Shown here piece after piece: positions 41,303 through 50,843 of a DNA stretch of 64,000 nt. A program made the translations under genes and the position numbers. Positions within the stretch are counted from its first letter, which is position 1; each line of letters starts with the position of its first letter. The stretch spans positions 11,672 through 75,671 of the forward strand of contig JAPYNY010000012.1 of NCBI GenBank assembly GCA_028283145.1, in the 5' to 3' direction. Under the pieces are notes generated by a model. It was not told where the DNA came from. It ran no database searches and saw only the letters and a program-made list of their open reading frames with translations. The stretch comes from Candidatus Hopanoidivorans cymbastelae (GTDB lineage: Bacteria > Actinomycetota > Acidimicrobiia > Acidimicrobiales > Hopanoidiivorantaceae).

Positions 41303-41806
41303 TTATAGATAAGTGCCACTGCGAGGCTGAGGTTGAGACCGGCCTGGAGGAAGTGGTGCGTGGGTATTGGCCAGTTGACTCTGGGCGGCAACTTGACGCG
41401 CAAACAAGGTTGCCTGAATGCCCTGAATCAAACCTTCCAGCCAGCCTACAAGCTGGGCTTTAACTACTCTCAGTTCGTCTTGGGTTGGAGCTTGGTCGTC
41501 ATCCAAGGGCAAGGTTAATCGTCCCAACTCCTCCCGCAAGTCACCAGAAACTGCCTCCCCTAATTCAGTGAGCGAAGCTTCATAAATCTCTTTTAGTCGG
41601 TTACGGCTCAACTCATCCAAGGAGTCGGCTCGAATTTCAGCCAACAGTTGACGCAACATAGCGCCCATGCGCATTATTTTGGCAGGCTGCTCGATGGTGT
41701 CTGTCTGGTCAGCAGCAAGCAACGCCCCCTCCTGGGTGCTTTGGCTGGGGTCAACTACCAACTCTGGCGTGAGATTGTCAGCTTCAGGGGTTATCTTGTC
41801 TGGCAT
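41303..41806 (-). CDS. bpa: Bacterial proteasome activator (Bpa/PafE, DUF2587)
   Basis: IEQPAKIMRMGAM..QLL.E, AQLVGWLEGL..GIQ.TL, C-terminal GTYL; start set at ATG 41806. Confidence 0.9.
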   Translation of the reverse strand: MPDKITPEADNLTPELVVDPSQSTQEGALLAADQTDTIEQPAKIMRMGAMLRQLLAEIRADSLDELSRNRLKEIYEASLTELGEAVSGDLREELGRLTLPLDDDQAPTQDELRVVKAQLVGWLEGLIQGIQATLFARQVAAQSQLANTHAPLPPGRSQPQPRSGTYL

Positions 41807-41866
41807 TTTGGCTTTCAGGGAGTGGTGTGTCCTGTGTGTTCCATCGCTATTAATTGAGAATACTTT

Positions 41867-41914
41867 GAATTCAAGCCGCTCAGATTTCAAGAATTCAAGC
41901 CGCTCAGATTTCAA
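41867..41914. repeat. Perfect 24-bp tandem duplication in the bpa/Rrf2 intergenic region
   Basis: gaattcaagccgctcagatttcaa at 41867-41890 and 41891-41914. Confidence 0.95.
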
Positions 41915-42085
41915 TGCTAGTTTGCTTTGTGTGGGCAGGCATCGTATTTTCTGCTAGCAGCTGTGAAAAGCCCTTCCGATATGTCCTTCCGATATATATA
42001 GCTAGCATAAGCTGAAGAGTATCCTTGCTCATGCTCCAAAACACATAAATCAACCCACCATGACAAAACGCCAACGAACGGCACG

Positions 42086-42520
42086 ATGAAAGTTTCTACC
42101 CGGGCCGACTATGCTTGTCGGGCCTTGCTTTCCTTGGCGCTGAATGATGATAAATGTCCTGTCGCAACCAGAGACTTGGCGGAGCGCACAGGGTTGCCAC
42201 AGCCATATTTGGAACAGATTTTTTTAGCTTTGAAGGGTGCCGGTCTGGTGGCTTCCAAACGCGGAGTTGGAGGTGGCCATTTGCTGGCCCGCCCCGCCAG
42301 CCAAATTGCTCTGAGCGACATCGTCGGCGCCGTGGATGGGCCGATTTTGGCTGGAGATTTTGCCGAGCCTCACACCGACGGGGCCTGTAATCACGAGGGT
42401 CAATGCGTCTTGCTGTCTGTTTGGGCCCATGTCGGCGACCGCATGCGTGCTCTGCTGAGCTCAATCACTTTAGCCGACGTGGCGGAGATGGCCCGTGGTG
42501 AAAAACCCTGGCTGTCGTAA
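42086..42520 (+). CDS. Rrf2 family transcriptional regulator
   Basis: MKVSTRADYA, YLEQI...LK.AGLV.SKRGVGGG.LLARP; C-terminal C-x5-C. Confidence 0.93.
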   Translation: MKVSTRADYACRALLSLALNDDKCPVATRDLAERTGLPQPYLEQIFLALKGAGLVASKRGVGGGHLLARPASQIALSDIVGAVDGPILAGDFAEPHTDGACNHEGQCVLLSVWAHVGDRMRALLSSITLADVAEMARGEKPWLS

Positions 42521-43534
42521 AGCTTCTATCAGACCTTTCATGTCCGGGGGCAGTGTGCTGGAAAATGACATTTCTTGTTTAGTTGCCGGGTGCCGACAAG
42601 ACAAAAAACAACTGTGAAGAGCTGGACGCTCAGAAAACTTTGCTTGCAGCTCTTGGGTCATTGCCCGTAGCATCTCAGTCATAGCCTGGGGCTCCTCAAT
42701 CTTGGCTGACGGGGACTGGCTCGGAGGCTGTGGCTCTTGTAGTTCCAAGATTGCGTAGGGATGGGGGTTATAAGCAACATCCCCTAGCAGAGGATGCCCA
42801 ATGGCAGCTAAATGAACGCGAATTTGATGAGTTCGCCCTGTTTCAAGCTGGCACAGCACTAATGTAATGCCTCTAAAACGCTCTTTCACTTGATAAAATG
42901 TTTTGGCTGCCCTACCGGAGGCCATAATTTGCATCAATGTCGGATTTCGGGTGGATTTGCCAATAGGTGCATCCACTAGGCCTCTCTCATTTTCAAATTC
43001 GCCGACACAAATTGCCAGATAATGCCGCTGAATTTTTCTGTTGGCTAGCTCATCTTTAAGAAATTCGTAAGCCCTCATGGATCGAGCCACGGCCATCAAA
43101 CCGCTGGTGCCCTTGTCAAGGCGGTGAACGATACCGGGTCTGCCTGGCTCTCCCACTACTTGAATTTCTGGAAACCTGGCCAGCAATCCCGCAGCTAATG
43201 TACCCTTGGCGTGTCTTGCACCGGGATGGACAACTAGCCCAGAAGGCTTGTTGATTACTATAAGGTCGTCATCTTCGTGGACTAAATCTATCTTCACTTC
43301 AGGCTCAGGCACCAATTGCGGTCGCAAGTCCTGCAAAGAAGAAGCAGTAACGCAGATTTTGTCACCTGAATGCAACTGCTTTGAAGCAGAAGCAGCTAGT
43401 TTGCGGTTTAAACTCACTGAGCCAGCTGAGATCAATCGAGCTGCCTGTGAACGACTCAAGTTATACAGCAGTGCCAGACTGCGGTCTAAACGTTCTCCTT
43501 CCAGTGCTGGCGGAACTGTGATAGCTTCATCCAC
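42470..43534 (-). CDS. RluA/RluD family pseudouridine synthase
   Basis: S4 domain RLD, NKPSGLVVHPG, HRLDKGTSG, ETGRTHQIRVH. Confidence 0.95.
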   Translation of the reverse strand: MDEAITVPPALEGERLDRSLALLYNLSRSQAARLISAGSVSLNRKLAASASKQLHSGDKICVTASSLQDLRPQLVPEPEVKIDLVHEDDDLIVINKPSGLVVHPGARHAKGTLAAGLLARFPEIQVVGEPGRPGIVHRLDKGTSGLMAVARSMRAYEFLKDELANRKIQRHYLAICVGEFENERGLVDAPIGKSTRNPTLMQIMASGRAAKTFYQVKERFRGITLVLCQLETGRTHQIRVHLAAIGHPLLGDVAYNPHPYAILELQEPQPPSQSPSAKIEEPQAMTEMLRAMTQELQAKFSERPALHSCFLSCRHPATKQEMSFSSTLPPDMKGLIEALRQPGFFTTGHLRHVG

Positions 43535-43535
43535 T

Positions 43536-44036
43536 TCAAGCCGCCTTTTCCATTTCGACCTCTTTGGCTGAGGTTCTGGAATGATGCATGATCATCATTG
43601 TGGCTATGCCCAATAGCCCAACAACTATGCCCATATCTGCAAAGTTAAAGATGGGCCACCAAGTCAGATCTATAAAATCCACTACTTTTCCCGACAAAAA
43701 ACCATCTTCAGCCCGAAAGAGGCGGTCGGCCAGGTTGCCTATGGCTCCTCCCATGATCAGCCCCGTCAGCACAAGGCTGGCTTTGCTCTGAAATTGTCTG
43801 GCAATTGCGAAAGTTGCGATCAAAATCGCAAACCCTAACAAACCTATCCAGACTCCATAGTTGCTGGCTATTCCAAAAGCTGAGCCACTGTTGCGAGCAA
43901 GTCGCAACCAGAGAGGTCCCAAAATATGCTTAGGCTCATCTTCCAGGGTTGCTAGCGCCCACTGCTTAGTCACTAGATCAATGGCTAGCCAAACAGAAGT
44001 AACTAGCAGCAGTAGGCCAAATTTTTTTTCAGACAT
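43536..44036 (-). CDS. lspA: Signal peptidase II
   Basis: DLVTK, NSGSAFG, GGAIGNLADR, VVDFI, FNFAD; start set at ATG 44036. Confidence 0.95.
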   Translation of the reverse strand: MSEKKFGLLLLVTSVWLAIDLVTKQWALATLEDEPKHILGPLWLRLARNSGSAFGIASNYGVWIGLLGFAILIATFAIARQFQSKASLVLTGLIMGGAIGNLADRLFRAEDGFLSGKVVDFIDLTWWPIFNFADMGIVVGLLGIATMMIMHHSRTSAKEVEMEKAA

Positions 44037-44139
44037 GACTGTTGTATAGCGGCAGTTAAGGGCACTTAGGTTGGGGGCGTCGGAGTTTAGCCCGTATAGC
44101 CTGGCCGACAAAGCCTCATGGCGTCAGCCAACAAGCTGG

Positions 44140-44976
44140 CTACCGCAACAACAATCCGTGAGTCTTCTTCCCAACGGTCTCGGTGGCCCACGGTATGGCC
44201 TTCAGGCGAGCCTTGGGGATTGGTTTGCCAGTGCGCTCACAAATTCCATAAGTTCCATCTCTTATGCGCAGCAGGGCTTGATCAATTTTTTCAACTGTGG
44301 CACGAGCGTCAGCGCTAAGAGCCAGATCCTGTTCGCGCACGATAGCCCAGCTATCTCCTTCAGCCGATTCTTCATCAAATTGCACATCCCCTTGCTCACG
44401 GGTCTCAAGCAACTGCTGGGCTTCACTTTCCAGCGAAACTGACGAGTTCAAGTATTTTTCTCTTTCCAGTTTTAGCAACTTGACCTGCTGGTCCAGAAAT
44501 TTTTTGTCAAAAACGGGCTTAGCCTTTTTGGCTTTGGAAGCTGATTTCGTCTTGGGTCGCGAAGCCTCCTTGGCTTTTTTGGCTTTGGCCGGCTGCTTTG
44601 TGCCCACCGACTTGGTGGTGGCTGTTGTCTTAGAAGCCACCGGCTCGGCAGTGGCTGTTTTCTTGGAAGCAGCTTTTTTGCCAGTAGTTGTTTTTTTGGC
44701 ACCCTTCTTGGCAGCAGGAGTCTTAGCAGCAGCTTTCTTAGCGGTAGCTTTCTTGGAAGCAGTCGGCTTGGGGACAGCCTTTTTGGCAGTGGACTTCTTG
44801 GCAGCGGTTTTGTTAGCAGCAACCCTTTTGGTAGTTGAGACACTGGGCTTGGCTGCTTTCTTACTGGTGCTAGTCTTGCCACCAGAGGTCGCCTTGGAAG
44901 CTGGTTTAGCTTTCTTGGTGCTCTTGGTGGCAGCTTTGGACGTTGTTTTTGGGGCGGTGCTCTTAGTGGTAGCCAT
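44140..44976 (-). CDS. DksA/TraR-family protein with long histone H1-like Lys/Ala/Thr-rich N-terminus
   Basis: About 150 aa of AKK/PAAKK-type repeats, then a coiled coil and IDQALLRI.DGTYGICERTGKPIPKARLKAIPW. Confidence 0.9.
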   Translation of the reverse strand: MATTKSTAPKTTSKAATKSTKKAKPASKATSGGKTSTSKKAAKPSVSTTKRVAANKTAAKKSTAKKAVPKPTASKKATAKKAAAKTPAAKKGAKKTTTGKKAASKKTATAEPVASKTTATTKSVGTKQPAKAKKAKEASRPKTKSASKAKKAKPVFDKKFLDQQVKLLKLEREKYLNSSVSLESEAQQLLETREQGDVQFDEESAEGDSWAIVREQDLALSADARATVEKIDQALLRIRDGTYGICERTGKPIPKARLKAIPWATETVGKKTHGLLLR

Positions 44977-45133
44977 CTTGACTTCTGCTGTGTTGTTTTG
45001 CTATTGCTCTGCTTCCAAACCTATTGCTAGAAATACGGCACCCTTTTAGGGTGTATTAAAATTTAGCAAAGGTTGCTGGAAATTTGGAGAATAGTTGCAT
45101 TTTGCTAGGTTAGCTTTCTAGCCTGCAAATTTG

Positions 45134-48100
45134 ATGTCAGAAATGCCAAGAGATGCAAAAGATTCCTCGTCGGGAGACTCGCCACAGCACTACCCGGCCG
45201 TAGAGCCCAAGCCTGACTTCGCCCAGATTGAGCAAAAAATACTTGCTTTCTGGAAAGAAAACCAGACTTTTGAACGCTCAGTAGAACAGCGGGCCGGCGG
45301 AGGCAACGAATATGTTTTCTATGATGGCCCACCTTTTGCCAACGGGCTGCCTCACTACGGACATCTGCTGACAGGTTATGTCAAGGATGTTGTTCCAAGG
45401 TATCAGACTATGCGTGGAAGGCGTGTGGAGCGAAGGTTCGGCTGGGACTGTCATGGCTTGCCTCCCGAGATGGAAGTTGAAAAGGAGTTGGGATTGCAAG
45501 GGCGCAGAAGCATCGAAGACTTCGGAGTGGAGCAATTCAATGAGTTTTGCCGAAAATCTGTCATGCGTTATACCGCAGAGTGGGAACACTATGTGGGACG
45601 TCAAGCTCGATGGGTGGATTTCCATAACGACTACAAGACCATGGATCTTACCTACATGGAGAGCGTCATCTGGGCCTTCAAAGAACTTTGGAACAAGGGC
45701 TTGATTTACGAAGCTTACAGGGTCATGCCGTATTCCTGGGGAGCTCAGACGCCGCTGTCAAATTTTGAAATTCGCCTAGACGACTCCACCAGAAGCCGAC
45801 AAGACCCGGCCATCACAGTTGCCTTTCAGCTGACTCCTCAGCCTGGTGATCCCGGCCCGCTCAATTTATTGGCTTGGACCACCACGCCTTGGACTCTGCC
45901 CAGCAATCTGGCCCTTGCAGTGCACCCTGAGATGGCCTATGACATCTGGGAATGTCCCAGGCTGCGCCGCGCCGGTGAAGCTTTTGGCAACTCTGCCGCC
46001 GGGGGCCCTGCCACAGGCACAGAACCTACGGAGGACACAGAGTTCTTCGTGATGGCGTCTGAAACCTCAGAACAAGTCCTAAGACAAGTCAACTCCAGCC
46101 GCAAGGTTGGGACCATGCTGGGTTCTGCTCTGCTGGGGCGCACTTATCAGCCTATGTTTGAGTATTTTGCTGAAACTCAAGGGGCCTTCAAAATTCTTTC
46201 AGGTGATTTCGTAACAGCTGCAGAAGGCACCGGCATTGTGCATATGGCTCCAGGCTTTGGGGAAGATGATCAAGTTGCCTGTGAAGCCGCTGGTATCGGG
46301 GTTGTTGTGCCGGTTGATGACGAAGGCAATTTCACCAGTCAAGTGTCTGACTGGGCGGGGCGAAACGTGTTTGAGGCCAACAGTGAAATTATTGCTGAGC
46401 TGCGCCGAAAAGGTCTGCTGTGGCGACACGACTCAATCGAGCACAACTATCCATATTGCTGGCGCACAGATAAGCCGATCATCTACCGGGCTATGAACTC
46501 TTGGTATGTGAAGGTAACAGCCATCAGAGACCGCATGATGCAGCTCAACCAGCAGATCAACTGGATTCCGCCCCATGTAAGAGATGGCAGATTCGGCAAT
46601 TGGCTGGAAGGGGTCAGGGACTGGGCCATTAGCCGCAACAGATTTTGGGGGGCTCCTCTGCCAGTATGGCGTTCAGACGACCCAAGCTATCCACGAATTG
46701 ACGTCTATGGCAGCCTAAAAGAGTTGGAAACGGACTTTGGGGTTCGTCCTTCAGATTTGCATCGCCCTGCCATTGACCAACTGACCCGCCCCAACCCTGA
46801 TGACCCAACTGGCAAATCCACCATGTGCCGGGTTCCGGAGGTTTTGGATTGCTGGTTTGAGTCGGGTTCAATGCCTTTTGCGCAGGTGCACTATCCGTTT
46901 GAAAACAAGGAGTGGTTTGACCATCACTTCCCCGCAGATTTCATTGTGGAATACATCAACCAAACAAGGGGTTGGTTCTACACACTCCATGTTTTGGGCA
47001 CAGCTTTGTTTGACGCCCCCCCATTCAAGAACGCCATCGGACATGGAATTGTGCTGGCAGCTGACGGAAGCAAACTGTCCAAGCGGCTCAAAAACTATCC
47101 CGATCCTGAAGAAATCTTCCAAAGCCAAGGGTCGGATGCCTTGCGCTGGTATTTGATGTCATCTCCCGTGGTACGCGGGGGCGACCTTCGCATCAGCAAG
47201 GACGACATGACAGCTGTAACACGCTTGCTGCTTTACCCCGTCTGGAATGCCTATAGTTTTTTCTGTCTGTATGCCAACGCAGATGACATACAGGCAGCCC
47301 AAGATGCTTCTTCCACCCATGTGCTGGATAGATATATCTTGGCCAAAACCGGCCAGCTGGCAGCCAACGTAACTGCTGCCCTAGACGAATATGACCTGCC
47401 TCAAGGCTGTGCCCACATCTCAGAGTTCATAGATGCTCTGAACAACTGGTACATCCGTCGTAGCCGAGACAGATTTTGGGCACCCAAAGAGGTCAATACG
47501 CCTGAAGCCTTGCTTGCGAAGCAGCAGGCTTACAATACCTTGTACACAGTGCTGATGACATTTGCCAAGCTGCTGGCTCCGCTGCTGCCCCTGATTGCTG
47601 AGGAGATTTATTTGGGGTTGGTTTTAGGCACCACTGACTTAGCTGACTCAAAGCTGGCTGATCAGGATTCAGCATCCATTAGCGTCCATCTCACAGACTG
47701 GCCCAAAGCTGAAGACCTGCCCAAAGACCCGCAGCTTGTAGTGGCTATGGACAGAGCACGTGAAGTTTGCTCGGCAGCATTGCGGCTCAGGGAAAATGCT
47801 AAAGTTCCAGTTCGCATACCTTTGGGCGAGTTGACCATTGCTGGCCCAGGCGCCGGGATTTTAGATGAATACGTGGCTCTGGTAGCTGAAGAGGTGAACG
47901 TCAAGACAGTCCGACTTGTCAATGAAGCGCCTGGGCATTTAGCTGTGGTTTTGAAGCCCAACGGCAAAAAACTGGGCCCCAGACTAAAGGGCAAAATGCA
48001 AGCAGTCATTGCTGCGGCCAAGGCTGGAGACTGGCAACTAGTTGACGAAGACAGGGTTGAAATTTGTGGGATCACCCTGGAAGCCGATGAATTTGCCATT

Positions 48101-48481
48101 TCCTTGGAAACCGATTCTGCCAACCAATCAGAAATGGCAGCCATAGCCAATGCCGTCTTGAGTGACGGACTTACAGTGGTGAGCTTAGACCTTGAAGTTA
48201 CACCTGAACTTAAGCGTGAAGGTCAAGCCAGACATCTAGTTCGGATCATCCAACAGGGCCGAAGAGACCTAGGCTTGGATATTTCCGACCGTATCAACCT
48301 CAGCTTGAGCTTGCCTGCCGAGTTGGAAGAAGTGGTGAAGGAGCACGAGGCTTATGTGGCTGCGCAGGTCCTAGCAGTGTCTGTCAGCTATGTTTCCAGT
48401 GCCTTGCTTCAGGCAGAAATTGTGCAAGCAGCAGTTGAAGGCCAGCAGGTAGCTTTCCAGATTGTCAAAGTTGACTCTTAA
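45134..48481 (+). CDS. ileS: Isoleucine--tRNA ligase (type 2)
   Basis: DGPPFANGLPHYGH, GWDCHGLP, WTTTPWTLP, DWAISRNRFWG, KLSKR. Confidence 0.98.
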   Translation: MSEMPRDAKDSSSGDSPQHYPAVEPKPDFAQIEQKILAFWKENQTFERSVEQRAGGGNEYVFYDGPPFANGLPHYGHLLTGYVKDVVPRYQTMRGRRVERRFGWDCHGLPPEMEVEKELGLQGRRSIEDFGVEQFNEFCRKSVMRYTAEWEHYVGRQARWVDFHNDYKTMDLTYMESVIWAFKELWNKGLIYEAYRVMPYSWGAQTPLSNFEIRLDDSTRSRQDPAITVAFQLTPQPGDPGPLNLLAWTTTPWTLPSNLALAVHPEMAYDIWECPRLRRAGEAFGNSAAGGPATGTEPTEDTEFFVMASETSEQVLRQVNSSRKVGTMLGSALLGRTYQPMFEYFAETQGAFKILSGDFVTAAEGTGIVHMAPGFGEDDQVACEAAGIGVVVPVDDEGNFTSQVSDWAGRNVFEANSEIIAELRRKGLLWRHDSIEHNYPYCWRTDKPIIYRAMNSWYVKVTAIRDRMMQLNQQINWIPPHVRDGRFGNWLEGVRDWAISRNRFWGAPLPVWRSDDPSYPRIDVYGSLKELETDFGVRPSDLHRPAIDQLTRPNPDDPTGKSTMCRVPEVLDCWFESGSMPFAQVHYPFENKEWFDHHFPADFIVEYINQTRGWFYTLHVLGTALFDAPPFKNAIGHGIVLAADGSKLSKRLKNYPDPEEIFQSQGSDALRWYLMSSPVVRGGDLRISKDDMTAVTRLLLYPVWNAYSFFCLYANADDIQAAQDASSTHVLDRYILAKTGQLAANVTAALDEYDLPQGCAHISEFIDALNNWYIRRSRDRFWAPKEVNTPEALLAKQQAYNTLYTVLMTFAKLLAPLLPLIAEEIYLGLVLGTTDLADSKLADQDSASISVHLTDWPKAEDLPKDPQLVVAMDRAREVCSAALRLRENAKVPVRIPLGELTIAGPGAGILDEYVALVAEEVNVKTVRLVNEAPGHLAVVLKPNGKKLGPRLKGKMQAVIAAAKAGDWQLVDEDRVEICGITLEADEFAISLETDSANQSEMAAIANAVLSDGLTVVSLDLEVTPELKREGQARHLVRIIQQGRRDLGLDISDRINLSLSLPAELEEVVKEHEAYVAAQVLAVSVSYVSSALLQAEIVQAAVEGQQVAFQIVKVDS

Positions 48482-48738
48482 CACAAAAAACCAATGATGA
48501 AAAAAAGCGCAAAGATGACGATCATCGCACTGAAATCAATGGCAGCCCCACCAACTCTGACTGGAGGGATAACCCGCCTGAGGGTGCCTAGAACAGGTTC
48601 GGTAACTCTGAAAAGCCCATAAATTAAACTGCTCAACCTAGAGGCTGGGCTAATGGGAAACCAGCTTAAAATCGCTCTAAGAAAAATTATTATCAAAAAG
48701 AGCCATAGCAGCAAGCACAGCAGCGACAGCAAAAACAC
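48478..48738 (-). CDS. YggT/SepG family membrane protein
   Basis: RAILSWFP, TEPVLG.LRRVIP, IDFS. Confidence 0.9.
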   Translation of the reverse strand: MFLLSLLCLLLWLFLIIIFLRAILSWFPISPASRLSSLIYGLFRVTEPVLGTLRRVIPPVRVGGAAIDFSAMIVIFALFFIIGFLC

Positions 48739-48758
48739 ATTCTTGGACGGCTAATGCA

Positions 48759-49274
48759 TTAGAAGTGCTGATGGTCTTCCGGGTTGATTTCAACGTCAGG
48801 CGGTGCCAATAAATACACCAAATCGGCAACTCGTTCCATTTGCCCGCCTAAAGCAAAGCACACGCCACTGGCAAAATCCACAATCCGCCTAGAAATATCC
48901 TGCTGAGTTTCTTGCAGGTTGATGATTATTGGCTGCTCCCGTCTGAGATTTTCACCAATCTCCTTGACCTCCTGAAAAGAATGGGGAGTCAGGACTTGAA
49001 CTTTTGGAGTTTGACCTTGTGGCATTGGACGAACCGTTGGGGAGTTGGGGGATAGGGGGTGAAAGCCTGTGGAATCGCTCTTGGGAGTAATGCCTCCCCC
49101 ACCAGCGCCACCCACGTTATAGGTGGGAGGGGCAAGCGACAGCGGTTCCATGTCTGAAGGCTCATTTTCATAGGTAAACCCTTCAGTTGGAGGCTCTATG
49201 GTTTCCTCGTAGCTTGCGTATTCTTCATCGGCGCTGAGACCGAGGTAATACATGACCCTCTTGAATCTAGTCAT
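48759..49274 (-). CDS. sepF: Cell division protein SepF
   Basis: YLGL N-terminus; P.SF.E...IGE, IINL, RRIVDFASG..FALGG. Confidence 0.93.
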   Translation of the reverse strand: MTRFKRVMYYLGLSADEEYASYEETIEPPTEGFTYENEPSDMEPLSLAPPTYNVGGAGGGGITPKSDSTGFHPLSPNSPTVRPMPQGQTPKVQVLTPHSFQEVKEIGENLRREQPIIINLQETQQDISRRIVDFASGVCFALGGQMERVADLVYLLAPPDVEINPEDHQHF

Positions 49275-49384
49275 TAGTCATTCTTGTCTTATTGGTAGTT
49301 GGGGTGGTTTGGTTGCATCAGTTTGGCTACAGATAGTTTAGCTAAACTTTTTGCACTATTTTGTATTTACGGAATTTGCAGAAT

Positions 49385-50056
49385 TCAAATTGAATAATTG
49401 GGGTCAAACAAAATCCTTCCCAGACGAATCGTTGTGGCACCGTGTTGGACAGCCAACTCAAAATCGCTTGACATGCCCATGCTCAGCTCATCTAGCCCGG
49501 CTATGTCACGCAGCTGGTTGCACAGCTTGAAATCAGCTTCAGCCAAATTTTGCGATCCCGACCTAGCCACACACATAAGCCCTCTGACATCCAACTCAAA
49601 TTTACGACAACTGACCGCAAAATCAGCAACCTCAGCGGGCGGCACGCCAGGTCGGTTCGGATCTTGGTTCATTAGGATTTCAATGAAGACGCTAGCTCCT
49701 GGGCTATATCTAGCTAGCTTTTCAGCTGCTTTCAGGCTGTCCAGAGTTTGCCAGACGGAGACAACTTTGCTCAACCGCTTAACCTTGTTGGACTGCAGCT
49801 TGCCCTGAAAATGCCAGCGAATAGGCCCTAAATTCAGCTGACTGGCAGATTCAGATTTTGTCTTTAGATCGCTGGCATAGTTCTCGCCTAAATCATAAAG
49901 TCCATTAGCCAGCGCAGCCTTCAGGTGTTCTATGGTGCCGCCCTTGGTTACAGCCACAATTTTGATGTTCTGGTCGGGTGCGGCAGCGGATGCCAAGCGC
50001 CGCCTGACATAGGCCAGTCGCTGTGCCACCAGTTGTGATAAATCTTCAGTTTTCAC
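49385..50056 (-). CDS. YggS/PlpBP pyridoxal phosphate homeostasis protein
   Basis: VAVTK, GENY, WHFQGKLQSNK, LSMGMSSDF..A...GAT.IRLG; start uncertain (50056 or 50074). Confidence 0.93.
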   Translation of the reverse strand: MKTEDLSQLVAQRLAYVRRRLASAAAPDQNIKIVAVTKGGTIEHLKAALANGLYDLGENYASDLKTKSESASQLNLGPIRWHFQGKLQSNKVKRLSKVVSVWQTLDSLKAAEKLARYSPGASVFIEILMNQDPNRPGVPPAEVADFAVSCRKFELDVRGLMCVARSGSQNLAEADFKLCNQLRDIAGLDELSMGMSSDFELAVQHGATTIRLGRILFDPNYSI

Positions 50057-50774
50057 GCCAGACAACCATGGCATTCCTGGCTAGCTCGCCTCTGGCTCGA
50101 TGGGAGAACCAACTGTCTGGATTGCAACTTGTGCAAGAGCCATGCGTATGAATCTGGGTGACTCCGGCATGCTTCAGCGCCTTTTGGGTGATCAACCCTA
50201 GATCTAGTTTCAACTCAGGCTGCCCTTGATCGCTTTGAGACCTAGTCAGAATATCTGAGCCCCACTTGCGTTGCAATTCAACCGCATCGGCAGGTGAAAA
50301 GTCATAACAGCCGGCACAAATATGTGGGCCGACTAAAGCGACCAGCGAAGAAGAACCACCGGTCGACTGGGAGTCTAAATCTCGCAATTGTTTGACTGCT
50401 TCAGCAATAACCCCACCTTGCAGTCCGCGCCAACCGGCATGGATGGCTGCTAAAGCACCCTTGTTGGACCAGACCGCAATGGGAGCGCAGTCAGCTACTG
50501 TAATGCTGAGAGCAACATTGGGTTCGGCAGCTATGAGAGCATCAGCGATAGAACCCGAAGCCATTTGACCTGCGACTGCTACCTTGCTTCCATGAACTTG
50601 ACGACACCACACCCATGGAACTGGAGCTATTTGAATTCTTTGTTGCTGAAGTTCTGCTGTAGCCAAGGTATCATTTACGGCAAAATCTCCGTCCTGGCGC
50701 TCTGTAAAGGCGACTACGATGCGGCCAGCTTCTCCGAGACCAGCTTCTCCTAGTGGAAATTCATATCTCTGCAT
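50046..50774 (-). CDS. pgeF: Peptidoglycan editing factor PgeF (YfiH)
   Basis: QVHG, ADCAP, HAGWRG, GPHIC..CY, FSHR. Confidence 0.92.
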   Translation of the reverse strand: MQRYEFPLGEAGLGEAGRIVVAFTERQDGDFAVNDTLATAELQQQRIQIAPVPWVWCRQVHGSKVAVAGQMASGSIADALIAAEPNVALSITVADCAPIAVWSNKGALAAIHAGWRGLQGGVIAEAVKQLRDLDSQSTGGSSSLVALVGPHICAGCYDFSPADAVELQRKWGSDILTRSQSDQGQPELKLDLGLITQKALKHAGVTQIHTHGSCTSCNPDSWFSHRARGELARNAMVVWREN

Positions 50775-50843
50775 GCCGCAGAAGTAGTAGTGCCGTCAAC
50801 TGGATCAAAGAGTCGGGAAACGAGAAAGTAGGAGCCGCGCATT

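Noticed and set aside
41807-41914. N-terminal extension of Bpa (KSERLEF twice) or a CRISPR-like repeat
   Set aside because: Only two adjacent copies with no spacer and no cas genes; the Bpa-like sequence starts downstream, so ATG 41806 is preferred.
44297-45049. 250-aa hydrophobic plus-strand ORF
   Set aside because: Antisense shadow of the Lys/Ala-rich dksA-like gene; AAG/GCT-type codons read as Leu/Ala/Phe on the other strand.
44977-45133. T-box riboswitch upstream of ileS
   Set aside because: Small hairpins exist (45039-45053 and about 45101-45129) but I found no GGTGGNACCGCG T-box motif or specifier stem.
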